Part shown: piece after piece, positions 1 through 13,228 of the stretch
Numbering within the stretch: the first letter of the stretch is position 1
How the letters are laid out: the number at the start of each line of letters is the position of its first letter
Source: Sphyrna mokarran
Lineage: Eukaryota
Direction: 5' to 3'
DNA: 64,000 nucleotides
Assembly: GCA_024679065.1 (NCBI GenBank)
Contig: JAGIQG010000001.1
Coordinates: 112,840,001-112,904,000, forward strand
The notes under the pieces: generated by a model
Seen by the model: the letters and a program-made list of their open reading frames with translations, nothing else
Databases searched by the model: none
Told to the model about the DNA's origin: nothing
Program-made: the position numbers and the translations under genes

Positions 1-360
1 TCAACAATATGTCCCAACTCCTGTATTCAGTGTTCTGACCAATGAAATCAAGCATGTCGAATGCCTTCTTCACCACTCTGTCCATCTGTGACTACTTTCA
101 AGGAGTTATGGGCATATACCCCTAGATCTCTTTGTGTAACTCTCCCCTATGCCCTACTATTAATTGAGTAAGTCCCACTCTGCTTCAATCTACCAAACTG
201 CACCACCTCGCATTTATCTAAATTAAACACCATCTGCCATTTTCAGCCCACTGGCCCAATTGATCAAGACCCTGTTGCAATTGGAGATAACAAAAATGCT
301 ACCAATCTAGTGTTATCTGCAAACTTACTAATCATGCCTGCTATATTCTCATCCAAATCA
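1..360 (-). mobile_element. CR1-type LINE RT fragment
   Basis: Reverse strand reads a decayed SKFAD.T ... WA..WQM.FN ... RDLG pattern. Confidence 0.75.
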
Positions 361-424
361 TTGCTGATTGGTTGCAAGTGAACACTGGTAGGGACGTTGA
401 CATGGGGAATGCACTATGATGATT

Positions 425-740
425 AGAATCAGAGAATCCCTACAGTGCAGAAGGAGGCCTTTTGGCCCATCAAGTCTGCACCAACCATAATCCTATCCGG
501 TCCCTATCCCGCACTCCACGTATTTAGCCTACTAGTCCCGCTGATACTAAGGGGAAATTTAGCATGGCCAATCAACCTAATTTTCACATCTTTTGATGGA
601 GGGAGGAAACCGCAGCAACCGGAGGAAACCCACACAGATATGGGGAGAATGTGCAAACTCCACACAGTGACCCAAGCTGGGAATCGAACCCGGGTCCTTG
701 GCGCTGTGAGGTAGCCGTGCTAACCACTGTGCCACCATGC
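425..740 (-). mobile_element. tRNA-derived SINE (HE1/V-SINE-like)
   Basis: Reverse strand TGGCACAGTGG (A box) ... GGTTCGATTCC (B box), GTGTGGAGTTTGCACATTCTCCCC core and CR1-like tail. Confidence 0.85.
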
Positions 741-1186
741 TGTTTCTAAAAAGCCCCTTTTTTTTTGGGACTTTGGACAGGGAAAAGGGAGGAGGCCAGG
801 TATTACAACTTCCGTATGGGAAGAGGAATGGGTGCTAGAGATGATTGAGGAATGGGCCACGGCATTACCGAGCAAGTAGTCAGTTCAGAATGCTGAAAGG
901 GATAGGAATGATGTGTTTAGTGGCAAAATCACATTGTGGGTTACCGGAATGACAGAGGATGATCTTGTTGCGAAAGCTAGTTTATGGTTCATGTTAATAT
1001 TTGGAGGTAACTTTATTTTAGTTTTGAGAAAATTGAAATTGTGAATAAGTTAATTAAAATGCTAGATTTAGGATTTCCAAGAATAGCCAAAGAAAGAGCA
1101 GTTCCACGGGTGATCCATGTTTGTTTAATAAAGTCAGAATAGAGCTATGGACTAACAGGTGGACTTTGCTAAAGAGCTAGAGGCAT

Positions 1187-1300
1187 GGGGGTGAATTTTC
1201 CCATTCTGCCCGCCACAGGTGTCATGATGAGGGATAGACGATGAAAAGGTCTATTGATCTCAAGTGGGAGGTTTTCGGTTTCAGGGCAAAGTCCCGCACG
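1187..1300. mobile_element. Short TIR/MITE-like element; related copy in opposite orientation at ~27538-27668
   Basis: GGGGTGAATTTTCCC terminus; the internal sequence aligns by eye with the 27.5-kb copy. Confidence 0.5.
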
Positions 1301-1514
1301 TGATGTCCACAATATCTCTAAATCCCTATTATAATCATCCTGAAGTTTACCATTGACTACAAACTGAACTGGACCAGCCATATAAATATTTTGGCTGAAA
1401 GGGCACATTAGAAGCTAGAAATTCTGCTGCAAGTAACTCACTTCCTGACTCCCCAAAGCCTGTCCATCATCTGCAAGATACAAGTCAGGAGTGTATTAGA
1501 ATATCCTCCACTTG

Positions 1515-2061
1515 AGTATTGTCAAAGCATTTTATACTCTATTCCATTGGGATATTCACAAGAAGGGAAATCAACAAATATACGCTGTGTGAGGACAGAA
1601 TGCAGATTGGTTGGAAAGCAGACTCTGGTAGATGCATTGCCATGGGGGATAGACAAGTTGATAGTTAATGGCCATCACCTATTTGCACCATCTGGTGACT
1701 ATTTGCAAAACAATTTAGGGGCACCACGGTGAGAAGCTATTCACTTGCTTCTACTTTATGAAAATAGATGGATGTCACTTATAAGTGATAGCCATTCGAT
1801 TGTTCATGCCTTAGGGTGATGCCTTGACTAATTCCAATCAAGCTGCTTGGTTTAAATTTCAAACAATGATAGTCAACTGCCAAACAGTCATCTTCAAATA
1901 GTGCATTCCCCATGTCAATGCTCCTACTAGTCAGAATCCACTTGCCAACCAATCAGCACTATCTTTTCACACAGTATTAATTTATTGATTTCACCTGCAT
2001 TGTATTCTTGTGAATGTCCTGATAAATGGAAAAACATTTTTTTAGGAATACTCAAGTTCTG
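1515..2061. mobile_element. Inverted pair of Penelope-like terminal-repeat fragments
   Basis: 1545-1670 is the reverse complement of 1870-2020; same family as 17560-17880 and 32170-32400; flanked by TATCCTCCACTTG / TATTCTCCACTTG. Confidence 0.55.
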
Positions 2062-2090
2062 TATTCTCCACTTGCTTGGATAAGTACAAG

Positions 2091-3828
2091 CTCATGATGG
2101 GCAATGGGACCCTGTACGAGAACCTCTCTGGCTATATTGAGAGCATCCTGAAATCCATTGTACAAAGAACCTCCAACTTTTGATGAAACAATACGGACTT
2201 CCTATAGAAACTCAGTGGAGCAGTTGAACCAGGAGCAGTCCTCATCACAATGGATGTCTCAGCACTCTTCTGCCTCAGTACTCCATGCCGACAACTGCCA
2301 GTTTCCAGATGCAAGTTTACAACTCATCTGCTTCATCCTGGACCACAACATCTTCACCTTCAACAACCAGTTCTTCATCCAGACACATGGAACAGCCATG
2401 GGATCAAATTTGCACCTCCAATATGCCAAGATCTTCATGCACAGGTTTGAACAAGACTTCTTCACTGCACAGGACCTTCAACCAGTGCTATACACGAGAT
2501 ACATCAATGGCATTTTCTTCCTTTGGTGAACAATCACTGAAACAACTATATGATGACATCAACAAATTCCGTCCCACCATCAGACTACTCTCTGGAATCA
2601 GTTGCATTCTTGGACACAGGCATCTCCATTAAGGATGGTCACCTCTGCACCTCATTGTACTGCAAGTCCACAGATAACCTCATGATGCTTCACTTCGCCA
2701 GCTTCCACCCTAAACATATTAAAGAGCAAGCCCTCTGTATACACAGGACTGCTCAGATCAGGAGGATCGCAACAGACACCTCCAGATGCTGAAAGATGCC
2801 CTCATAAGAACAGGATATGGCATTTGATTCATTGATCGACAGTTCTGACGCGCCACAGCGAAAAACTGCACTGACCTCTTCAGAGGACAAACACAGGGCA
2901 GGGTGGACAGAGTATCCTTCATCGTCTGATACTTCCCAGAACGGAGAAGCTACAATATCTTCTCCAGAGCTTTCAACATTTCATTGAAGATGAAATCTTG
3001 CCAAGGTCATCCCCACGCCCCCACTTTTTGCCTTCGAACAACTGCACTACCTCAAACAGACCATTGTCTGCAGCGAACTACCCAGCCTTCAGGAGAACAG
3101 TGACCACAACACCACACAACCCTGCCACAGCAACCTCTGCAAGACATGCCAGATCATCGACACAGATGCCATCATCTCGCGTGAGAACACCATCCACCAG
3201 GTACACGGTAAATACTCTTGCAGCTCAACCAACATTGTCTACCTGATATGTTGCAGGAAAGAATGTCCCTAGGCATGGTACATTGGGGAGATCATGCAGA
3301 CAGTACGACAATGGATAAATGAACATCGCTCAACAATCACCAGGCGAGACTGTTGGGGAACACTTCAGCAGTCACAGGCATTCGGCCTCTGATCTTCAGG
3401 TAAGCGTTTTCCAAGGCGGCCTTCACAACACACGACAGTGCAGAGTCACTGAGCAGAGACTGATAGCCAAATTCCATACATGAGGATGGCCTCAACTGGG
3501 ATCTTGGGTTAATGTCACACTATCTGTAATTCCTACGACGTGCCTGGACTTGCAAAATTTCACCAACTGTCCTGTCTGGAGACAATACACATCTCTTTAA
3601 CCTGCACTTAATGCTCTCTCCACTCATTGTCTGCACCTTTTAAGATTTGATTAGCTGTAAAGACTCACATTCCAATCATTATTTTGTAAATTGAGTTTGT
3701 GTCTTTATATGCCCTGTTTGTGAACAATCTCCTACTCACCTGACGAAGGACCAGTGTTCCAAAAGCCAGTGGCTTTTGCTATCAAATAAATCTGTTGAAC
3801 TTTAACCTGGTGTTGTGAGACTTCTTAC
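2091..3828 (+). mobile_element. Penelope-like retroelement, 5'-truncated: RT + GIY-YIG endonuclease + pLTR
   Basis: NIFTFNNQFFIQTHGTAMG, YTRYI.GIFFLW and FLDT RT motifs; CKTC..NIVYLICC..WYIGE..EH GIY-YIG motifs; 10-bp TSD TAAGTACAAG (2081-2090 / 3829-3838). Confidence 0.9.
3735..3772 (+). ncRNA. Degenerate minimal hammerhead-ribozyme motif in the Penelope pLTR
   Basis: CTCAC-CTGACGA-AGGACCAGTGTTCC-AAAA-GCCA-GTGG; the GAAA box is mutated. Confidence 0.5.
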
Positions 3829-3838
3829 TAAGTACAAG

Positions 3839-4032
3839 TTGCCAGAGGTGGTAGTAGATGCGGGTACAATTGTCTTTTAAAAAGCATTTAGACAGTTACA
3901 TAGAAAAGATGGGTATAGAGGGAAATGGGCCAAATGTGGGCAACTGAGAATAGCTTTTGGTTTAAAACAAAGGGCGGCATGGACAAGCTGGGCTGAAGAT
4001 CCTGTTTCCTTAGTGTAAACATCTATGACTCT
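3839..4032 (+). mobile_element. CR1 3' end
   Basis: LPEVVVDAGTI.SFKKHLD pattern followed by the CR1 3' UTR and a ctatgact tail. Confidence 0.8.
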
Positions 4033-5089
4033 GAGTATAGCTTCTACAATATTCTAGAAGCTTGACACTATCCAAGAGAAAGCAACCCACTTGAATGACA
4101 CCCCATTTGTCTCTTTAAACATCCCCTCCTTCCACTACCACTGCACTGTTCCATCTATAAGCTGCACTGTCAAGACATCTTTTAAGCCTGTAACCTCTAT
4201 TGGGTAGCAGATACATGGGAACACCACTACTTTTGAATTCTCCAAATCGCACACCTTCCTAACTTGAGAATATATTGCCAGACTTTCATTAGTGCTAGAT
4301 TAAAATCCTGAATCTCCCAATCTAATATGACTTCCAGAGTATCTACACCATACAGACTGCAACAGTTGTAGAAGGTGGCTCATCAACACCTCATCCTAAG
4401 GTTAGCATTTACTGCCCATCCTTATCAGCAAAGTGCTGTGAATGAATATATTGTATGGAAAATTCTCTGATAATTGAGTCATAACTGGCATGAAGGAAGA
4501 TGGTTATGGTAGTTGATGAACAATCATTTTCACTACAGGAAGCTAATATTATTGTCACCATCCATGACAAGCGAGAACATAACCCGTTGTGGGGAAGGTT
4601 TTTCTTGATGGTGTCAGATATCTGGCTAATTAAGAACGTTAAGGACCTTCCAAGCAATGGAGAATTATTCTGTCACATGAACTCTTGAGCTATGCACTTA
4701 ATTATTTTTATATTTTGTGTTTAAAGTGTCTTTTTACCCTTTCTTATCTATTTCTATCCAAGTAAAAGCAAATGGACAATCTCCCACATTAGTGCCCAAA
4801 TTGTTTTGTAAATGATCACCAGATGGTGCAAATGAGCAATCCAGACTGACTTTCTGTCCAGTTTCCCTGCACAACATCTAGATGATGCAATACACTTACC
4901 TCTAATATCACAAACACGATTCATATCTTGACATGGGAAATGGAGACCCCGTGTACCCATTCCCCAGGGCAAAATATGACAAAATATAAACTGTAATTTT
5001 ACTTCAATTACATGCTGACTCCATACAAACTTTGTACATAGTTCTTTTGCAATCTATCAATAGTAATATTCCGTAACCAAGTAAGTGCA

Positions 5090-5425
5090 GTGTTTCAGCC
5101 ATGGCTCACTTGGTAACATTTTTCTCTGAGAAGTTTGTGGGTTCAATGACTCCTCATGCTAGGATATCAAGTCAAGGTTGACACTCCACTGCATGTTGTG
5201 GCCATTAATTTGAAGAACAGCAGGTCGATATTTAACCCCTAATCATTATCACGAGAAAATAAATTGTCATAATTATATTACTGTTTGTGAAGCTCGCTGT
5301 GTGCAAATCAACTGCCATGTCGCCTACGTTACAACAGTGATTACATTTTGAAAGTTCTTCATTGGCTGTGCAGCATTTTGAGATGTCCAATGGCCATGAA
5401 AGGACCTACATAGATGCAAGTCTAT
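5090..5425 (+). mobile_element. DeuSINE/SacSINE1-like SINE
   Basis: tRNA-like head and the Deu-like block gctgtgtgcaaat...tacaacagtgattacattttgaaag...cattggctgt. Confidence 0.65.
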
Positions 5426-6121
5426 TTCTCGCCTACATGAATAGCTTATAATTTCTTTCAAATAACCTCACGTATTTTGATCATTTTCCACCTTTCTCAG
5501 TTTGTTGCAATAAGGGTTTGGTTATACATCAGATGTTTTGACTGGTAGTACTAACAAGACGAAAAAAATCATAAGGTGCTACATTGTGGGTTTTGAACCA
5601 ATTCAATGCAGATGTATTTAAGAGCTGTTGTCAGATTGAAGTCCAAATGGAAGAGAGAGAAAAACCTATAAATGTCAGCATATCATGTGACTAAACATGC
5701 CGAGAAGCATTGCTTTACAATAGATAGCATTATTACTCCCTTTAGTAATACAATAATAAACTTTTAAACATTAATTATTACCCACTATTAATACCAGGTG
5801 TATTACCACGTATTATTTATATATGTACAATAATAGTCTTTTTGATTAACATCAATTTTACTTTGGTAGGATATGACGTTCCAGAGTTTGATCTTTGACA
5901 TCCTCAGTAGCCTGTTCCTCAGGAGTATCAGGTATTTCATCTTATGAAATTGTTTTGTTGTTAGTTGTTCTACTGGAGTAGAATCTGAACTTGGTTCTCT
6001 AGAAGTCCTTGGTTCAGGGATTTCACCACCTTGGCTATCAGATGTAAGCCATCTTGATACTGTCTCTGCTAATTCACTTTTTTCAGCAAGGATTTGATAA
6101 AGTTTATAAAGTTTATTTATT

Positions 6122-6402
6122 AATATAACCAGTAGGCTCATGTTAAACTATAGTGAAGTTACTGTGAAAATCCCCAAGCTGCCACACTCCAGCACCTATC
6201 CGGGTACACTGAAGGAGAATTTTGCATGACCAATGTATCTAACCAGCATATCTTTCAGATTGTGGGAGAAAACTGGAGTACCCAGAGGAAACTCATGCAA
6301 ACACAGGGAAAACTGTCAGACTCCACATGGATAGTGACCCAAACTGGGAATCAAATCTGGATCCCTGGCACTGAGGCAGCAATGCTAAACTACTGTACAG
6401 CC
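6122..6402 (-). mobile_element. tRNA-derived SINE inserted in the Gypsy relic
   Basis: Reverse strand A/B boxes and V-domain-like core. Confidence 0.75.
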
Positions 6403-7516
6403 CATCTGTGTGTCTCTGTTATATTCTTTTGTCGTCAAGTTGCACTGTATAAGTATTTGGATCAATCTTAGGTAGAGTGTCCACAGTTGAAATATTCACA
6501 TTTCACCTGTAGTTTCTCACTAAAACTCTTCCTCCTTGTTTAAAACTCCTCTTTTTCAATGTTTGTTCATGACAAATCAATTGGAAAAAAGCTTCTTTAA
6601 TATGATAATATTTGGTAACAAATATATATTTGCTGTAGTAGCATTAGGTGGTGTGAGTAGATTAAATTTAGTTCTTAGTTTCCTTCTCAGGAACAATATT
6701 GCCGGTGAATTTTGTGTGGTGGTATGAGTCGGGATCCAACAGGACGTGAGGACAGTTGTTATCTCCTGGATAGTGAACCTTTGTCTTGTGACACTTTGGC
6801 ATGTTTCAGTTACTGTGCTAGCTTCTCTGCCAATTCATTCATGGATGGATAACTTAAAGCAGTCTTTACATGTTGTCTATCACTGTCCTTAAGGTAATTC
6901 AGTTTCTGAGTTGTGAATTGCATCTTATTATCACTAATAGGTTGTTCAGAGTGTCCAAATCTTGCAGACAACTTATCTAATGTCTCTATAGTTCTTTCAT
7001 ATCCCGACTTTGGGCCACTTTCAATGCACATCCACTATGACAAGAAACATGTAGATGTCAGTGAGTCCCGCAAAGTTAATATGTATTTTCTGCCAAGATT
7101 GTTTTGGCCAATCCCATGGGTGAAGTGGTGGTAGAGGCAGAGTACTCCATATTCTAGCGCATGACTGATATTGCTTTACATTTTCTTCTATTTGTGAGCC
7201 AAGTCCCAGCCACCAAAAATAGCTCCGTACAAGATCTTTTATCCACATTATCCCCAAATGATCTTCATGCAGTTGAATCTGTATCTAGGTTCATAAGCAT
7301 AGAGGGATGATTATCCTGTTTCCCCAGAACAGTTCTCCATTTTTGATAATTAATTCAAGTTTCCTCATTTATATAAAGATCTGAATTCAGGATTTTTTTT
7401 TAGTCTAGTGACATTTTTAAAACTGTGTCCATAACCCAACCCGTTACTGGATTATTTCTCTTGTGCTTTAACACCTGAGATGATACTGGAACATCCTTGC
7501 CCCAGGGGAAATACAA

Positions 7517-8208
7517 TGGGGTGATCCTCCCCAAAAAAATTCCAAATGTCGAATTTGAAAAATGCATCTCCCACACTCTGTGCACTGCGGAGTGCACCAG
7601 CATGATTAACTGAAAAATCAGTGGGTAGGGCCCATTCCTGCTGGAAAGGCGAGCACATAATGCTGAGAACAGCTGCTGTGCATGCACTGATCTGCCAGCA
7701 TCAAGATTAGCACATGCATAGTAGCACTGCACGGTGAGCCTATCAATTGCTGGCCAGCTCGATCATTGGCCAGCCCTGCAACACCCAGCCTGCTTCGACA
7801 CCCCCTGTGCTGCTGCCCCCCCCCCCCACCGACAACAGTGCTGATCTCCTAATCCTACCATTCCCTCACCCACAGACTCGATTGTTGAACTCTCTCCCTC
7901 TGTCGCTGATCCTCAGCAGAGTGGCAGCAGGACCCCTCCACCACACCACTCCCCTTCGCTTTTGGCACCGTTCAATGCCCATTGGGAAGGTGGTTTAGCA
8001 GGTCCAGAGATTTCAAGCCTGGGCCCACTAATGGCATTCAAATAGCCACTTACATAATTTATACAGCTCTGCACTAGAAATCGACTCGGAGTTGACAGCA
8101 CCAGAAATCTGGTGCCTAGAGAATTGCGGAGGCACCCCAGTCTGAAGCACACTAAATTGCCACTGCATGAGTTTCCCAGCCAGTGCAGCAGACTGGGATA
8201 TTTGCCTT
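7517..8208. mobile_element. Non-autonomous TIR (Harbinger-like) element inserted in Gypsy pol
   Basis: GC-richer insert interrupting pol; left end GGGGTGATCCTCCCCAAAAAAATTC resembles the terminus of the 49.5-51.9 kb Harbinger. Confidence 0.55.
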
Positions 8209-9959
8209 AGTATGTTAATGATTTATGAGTTGGTTTTGTCCTGAAATGGCAATCTCGATAAGGAATCTGAGATGACATGCTGTTTTAATCTCTGATACTT
8301 GATTTCATAATTTTGCACTGATAATATCAGCACTCCTCTTTATAGACAACATGTGACTAATGATGGGATTTCCTGGTGTGGACCAAAAATAGTTGATAAT
8401 GGCTTATCATCAGTTGACAAAGTCTGAAATACAGGTACTGGTGAAATCATTTAATGCCAAAAATTATGCCGAGTGCTTCTTCCTCAAGTTGTGCTTTTTT
8501 TCCCCATGCTTGATAACATTTGTGGTGCAAGCATTATTGACCTCTCCTCCTCAGTTCCCATGATGTGAGATTCAACAAAACCCCTCCATAGGGCGATGCA
8601 TTACATGCTAGTTGAATTTTCAACCCTGGTTTAAAGTGAATCAAATCTTGGATTGCTTGAGGACAACTTTAACTCCTTTGTACACACTTCCAGACTACTT
8701 TATCCAACTCCATTATCAGTTAGCGCACAATAAGATATAAAATGTCTTGAGTAGAGTTGGCATGTTTAGGATGAATTTTCTGTAATAATTCATTCATAAA
8801 AGTGACAACAATTGTGACCTTCTTTGTAGTCTTGGTGCATCCAGCATCATAGGTTCTCTATGGAAGCCATCCTTATCTATAACGTGACTGAGGTAGGTGA
8901 CGGACAATTTGAAAAATTCACATTTTTCTTCCTTCACACACACATCTACATGCTTTAGTGTTTCCTTTCAGTTGTCTGAATGTTCCTGTTCAATTCTGCT
9001 TGTGATTAGAATGTTGTCTAAGTAGCACTGGACATTGTTAAGGCCATTTAAGATTTGATCCATTGATTTCTGGAATATGACTATTGCTGATATCCTGAAT
9101 GGTAGGTGCTTGTATCGGAACAATCCTTCATGAGTAACAATTGGTAGAAGTGGTTGTGACACTCTCATTTGGAGGTATGCTTGTGACAATTTTATCTTCT
9201 TGAACTGCTGATCACTAGCCAGTCCAACATATAGGTCCTCAATTAGTGGCAAGGGGTACTGGTTAACACACAGTACTGGATCTATCATCATATTCACGTC
9301 CCCACAGATATGTATAAACCATCAGATTTAATAACTGGGATGATTGAGGTTGCCCAATCTTCATTATTATAGGTTAAATCCTAGATTAATATCTCTAATT
9401 CCACTTCTACCTTTTGATTTAATTGCATAGAGCAACTTTCTTGCCTTGAAACATTCATGGTTGCTATCAGGTTTGATCTTTTTCATGGACATAATAAACA
9501 TTAAGAGGTCCAAAGCAGAGATGGGAGAGAACCTAGAGAACTGTGCAAGTTCTTGGCTAAAACGGGGATGTGGAGTCTTGGGGAAATTTGGTCCTGTGGT
9601 TGGGGAACAAAGGAGCAAGTGGAAGCTGATTGATGGGTCTCAATCTTATTGACAAAGAAGTCCATAAGCTTTTTTCACTAGTTCCTCGTGGAGGCAAGGA
9701 CACATTTAAGATGAAAAAAGCAAGAAATGATCTTTGTATTCCAGGATCATCTTTGAGTAATGTGCAAAGTTAGCAGATAAAATTATTATTAGAACTGGTG
9801 GATGCAAAACAATTCAAAATAGTCACATTCAGACAATGGAATACAACTTCAACTGAGTACTAGAAGTTTGAGACTAAAAGTAACTTAGGAGGTGAGGAGA
9901 TAAAAGACCATGAGTAGGAGCAAGACCCAGAGTACAGGTGGAGAGATAAAGAGCTATCT

Positions 9960-11170
9960 GCTGCTAGTTGCTCTCCATCTAGGGACTGACAATATTTGGA
10001 GAAAATTGAGTGTGATTCCTTTATTCAAAAAGACAGGAAGCAGCAAACTATGTTAGTTAGCTTAACTTCTGTCACAGGGAAAGTGTTAGAAGCCATTATT
10101 AAATATGTTATAAAAGGGCAATTCAAGATAATCAGGCAGAGTGAACATGGTTTTGTGAAAGGGAAATCATGTTTAACCAATTTATTAGAGTTTTTTGAAG
10201 AAGTAGACAGGTGCTATGAATAAAGCAGAATCAGTTTGCACTGTATTTAGATTTTCTGAATGCAAAGGTTATTGTGGAAAATAAAAGTTGATGGTGTAGG
10301 AGTAATATATAGGCATGGATCGAAGATTAGCTGGTACATGGAAACAAGGGAGCATAAATGGTTCATTTTTGGTTGACAAGATGTGACGAGTGATGTGTCA
10401 CACAGATCAATGCTGGGGCCTCAACTCATTACAATTTATTTAAATGATTTGATTGAAGAGACCAGTGGTATGGTTGGTAAATTTTGCTGATGAAACAAAA
10501 TTGTGTAGGAAAGTAAGCTCTGAATAGGACACGAGGAGGCTACAAAAGGACACAGATAGTTTAGGTGAATGGGCAATGATATGACAAATAGAGTATTATG
10601 TGAGATTGTCCATTTTGGTGAAGCATAATATCTAAATTGTGAGGGACTGCAGAGCTCTGAGGTGCAGAAGGATCCAGATGTCCTAGTGCACAAATTACAA
10701 AAGTTTAGTATGCAGATGCATTAATTAATTAGCAAAGCTAATAGAGTATTATTGTTTATTATGAGTGGAATTGAATGCAGAAGAGGTTATGCATAAATTA
10801 TATAGTTTGTTGAGACCACATCCAAAATACTTATAGTCTTGGCCTCTTTAATTAAGGGAAAGTTTAAAGGCATTGGAAGCAGTTCAGGCTTACTAAGTTA
10901 ATACCTAGAATGAGAAGGTTGTCTTAAGGACATAGACTGAACAGGCTCATCTTGTATCCACTGTAGTTTAGAAGAGTAAGGAGTAACTTGATTGATTCAG
11001 ATAGGATATTTTGGGAACTTGACAGGGTGAATATGGAAAGAACGATTCCTCTTGTGAGAGAATCTAAAGCAAGGGGTTATTGCCTAAAAACAAGGAGTTG
11101 CCCATTTAAGACAGACTTTTTTTCTGAGCATTGAGAGTTTCGAGATCTCTTTGTCAAAAGACGGTGGAAA
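9960..11170 (+). mobile_element. Decayed CR1 ORF2 (RT)
   Basis: VSLTSVTGKVLEAII...HGFVKGKSCLTNLLEFFE; FADET motif. Confidence 0.85.
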
Positions 11171-12859
11171 TGATAGTATGTGAAAGTTAATGTTAGTAGC
11201 ATACATTAAGAAAAATATTATCCAATCAAGCTTATTGAACAAACATGAGCAGGATTGTGACTGTGCTACAGCAAATATCCTCTATCATCAATATTCCTTA
11301 CAAGGTTTATTGATCCTTGTGTTTTTACACATATGTTCCAATATATAGAGCTAGGACCAAAATGACATGCAAAATAGTTAGACCATGAGTGTTATTCAGG
11401 ATTGGCAACTTTTAGAAAAATTCCAGAACCCATGACAATCCTGTAACAGAACTTGATATTGCTGTTTTCAAATGGGTTTGTATTGGTGATTGAAATAATT
11501 ACATTGATCCATCACTTAAAGTAGCCAAAACATGATTTGACCTAAAACATGTCACAATGGGAAACTTTTAGAATCTACAATGTGATGTGTTCTAAAACAC
11601 AATATTGTGGGGAAAAATGACACTATCTACAATGTAATACTCAAAGCAGCAAAGTTTATACTGTGATTCAGAATCAAAAAAAGTAGCAAGAAAGATTTGG
11701 GATGGGATGAGAAGGGATTATGAAAAAGGAATTTAGTTCTTAGCCAGTTCAATCCAGAAACCCCAGTTGGAAACTGTGTATGTCTGAATATTGCTCAAGA
11801 GCCTGGTTTGCTTGTGATGCTATCTTTCATGCATAAGAATACATCATCTAACCTCACATGTCAAATTACCACTGTGAGAGGTATGGGAGGATTGCCAGTT
11901 TTAACATGCATTAACGTGTCATTATCTGAAACAGAAATGGTGAAGAAACACATCGACCTTAAGTTAGTAATAGTGAGGCTGAAATAATGACAGAATTGAG
12001 ACTCATTATGGGAATTGACCCAAAGTATTCACAATGCAGAAACAGAAGACTTTAAACTTTTGTTGAACCGAACACTAAACCTTCCATAATATTTGTTACA
12101 TTTATGGTCCACTCACATCTTAGATAATGATTTTTATGAGTCCTTTTGATTAACATCAAATATTAATTTGTCCTTGCAATTTAAAACTATTGGCAGACCT
12201 GTTGTATAAGTCCAGCATTTAAAATTTTGGAATTTTTCCAGTTTATTGTTGAAGAAATCTGTTAAGATTATTTGTTGCTCAATCTTTTGACAATGCAATG
12301 TCCAACTGAAGGGTTTTCACAAAGAATTAATGATTATTAGGTGAATATTTTTCCTACCATTTATGTTTCAATGAAGGATACTTTATCCAAATTTCTCCAT
12401 TTCCATCCCTTTGTAGATCCTTCTGAACATGATTCACAAAGTGGTGTACTAAAACACACACTGACTAGAGAATTTTTTGTGCATGTTTGGTAACATCACA
12501 GAGGTCTAAAGCACAAAAAGTGGTCTTTTGGCCCATTGTGTCTTTACCATTCAAAGACAAACCACACATTCTATTTATAACAACCTATTTCTTGTTGTAT
12601 CATGCGCGTGAAGACTTCAGACATTTTTGGTTAGGAGTTCAAACATTGCTGATCAGTGTTTGATTGGAGATTGGATTTTTGCTTAGTTGACATTGGCAAT
12701 AACTCTCAGAAAATGCAAATATTGTCCCTTTTACTCTGAGATATAATGCAGCAATCATTCATGGCCCAGAATCGGAGAATGTGAATTAAAACATCCAGTA
12801 TGGAAACTTGCTTCACTTTGGAAAGTGCCCAGCATACATGACAGAACACTCAAATAAAC

Positions 12860-12958
12860 ACTCTGAATGAAGTCCTTTAGACTCAATGTTGACTCTATCC
12901 TCTCTCCATGGATACTATCAGACTTGCTGAGATTTTCCAGCATTTTCTGTTTTATATT
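12860..12958 (+). mobile_element. Penelope-derived short repeat (same family as 22745 and 47555)
   Basis: gacttgctgagattttccagcattttctgttt block with a decayed hammerhead-like head. Confidence 0.55.
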
Positions 12959-13039
12959 GAAACCTGCTCTGAAGTTATATTCCATATGGAATCAAGACAA
13001 ATTCCTTTGAAATAACTTAACTTAAAAATGACAAATTCT

Positions 13040-13228
13040 CAAGGTATGGTAACATATGGAACTGAATACAAAAGTAAAGAGGTTATGCATAAATTATACA
13101 GTTTATTGAGACCACATCTGGAGTACTGTGTAGTCTTGGCCTCTTTAATTAAGGAAAAGTTTAAAGGCATTGGAAGCAGTTCATAGTTTACCAAACTAAT
13201 ACCTGGAATGAGAGGGTTGTCTTATGTA
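13040..13228 (+). mobile_element. CR1 fragment, duplicate of 10770-10925
   Basis: Near-identical to 10781-10925, including shared idiosyncratic lesions. Confidence 0.75.

Larger units (their letters stand above)
1410..4410 (+). mobile_element. Old LINE 3' portion split by three nested insertions
   Basis: Pieces at 1410-1514, 2062-2090 and 4033-4410 continue one RT C-terminal reading (SLSII.KIQVRSVLEY.PLAW...KLDTIQEKA). Confidence 0.65.
5850..9400 (-). mobile_element. Decayed Gypsy/Ty3 LTR retrotransposon pol (RT - RNase H - integrase)
   Basis: YPLPLIEDL..QAYLQM..YKHLPF..CYLDNILI (RT); H.GIMWIKDLVRSYFWW, LHPWDWP..WQKIHINFAG and RFG.SEQ.ISDN..QF (integrase). Confidence 0.88.

Noticed and set aside
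670-740. tRNA gene
   Set aside because: The A and B boxes are SINE heads running directly into the SINE body; same for 25110, 35000, 42917, 44040 and 46505.
5803-6141. 112-aa ORF as an exon of a downstream gene such as FRAS1
   Set aside because: No recognisable FRAS1 similarity; it begins in a SINE tail and continues the low-complexity end of the Gypsy integrase region.
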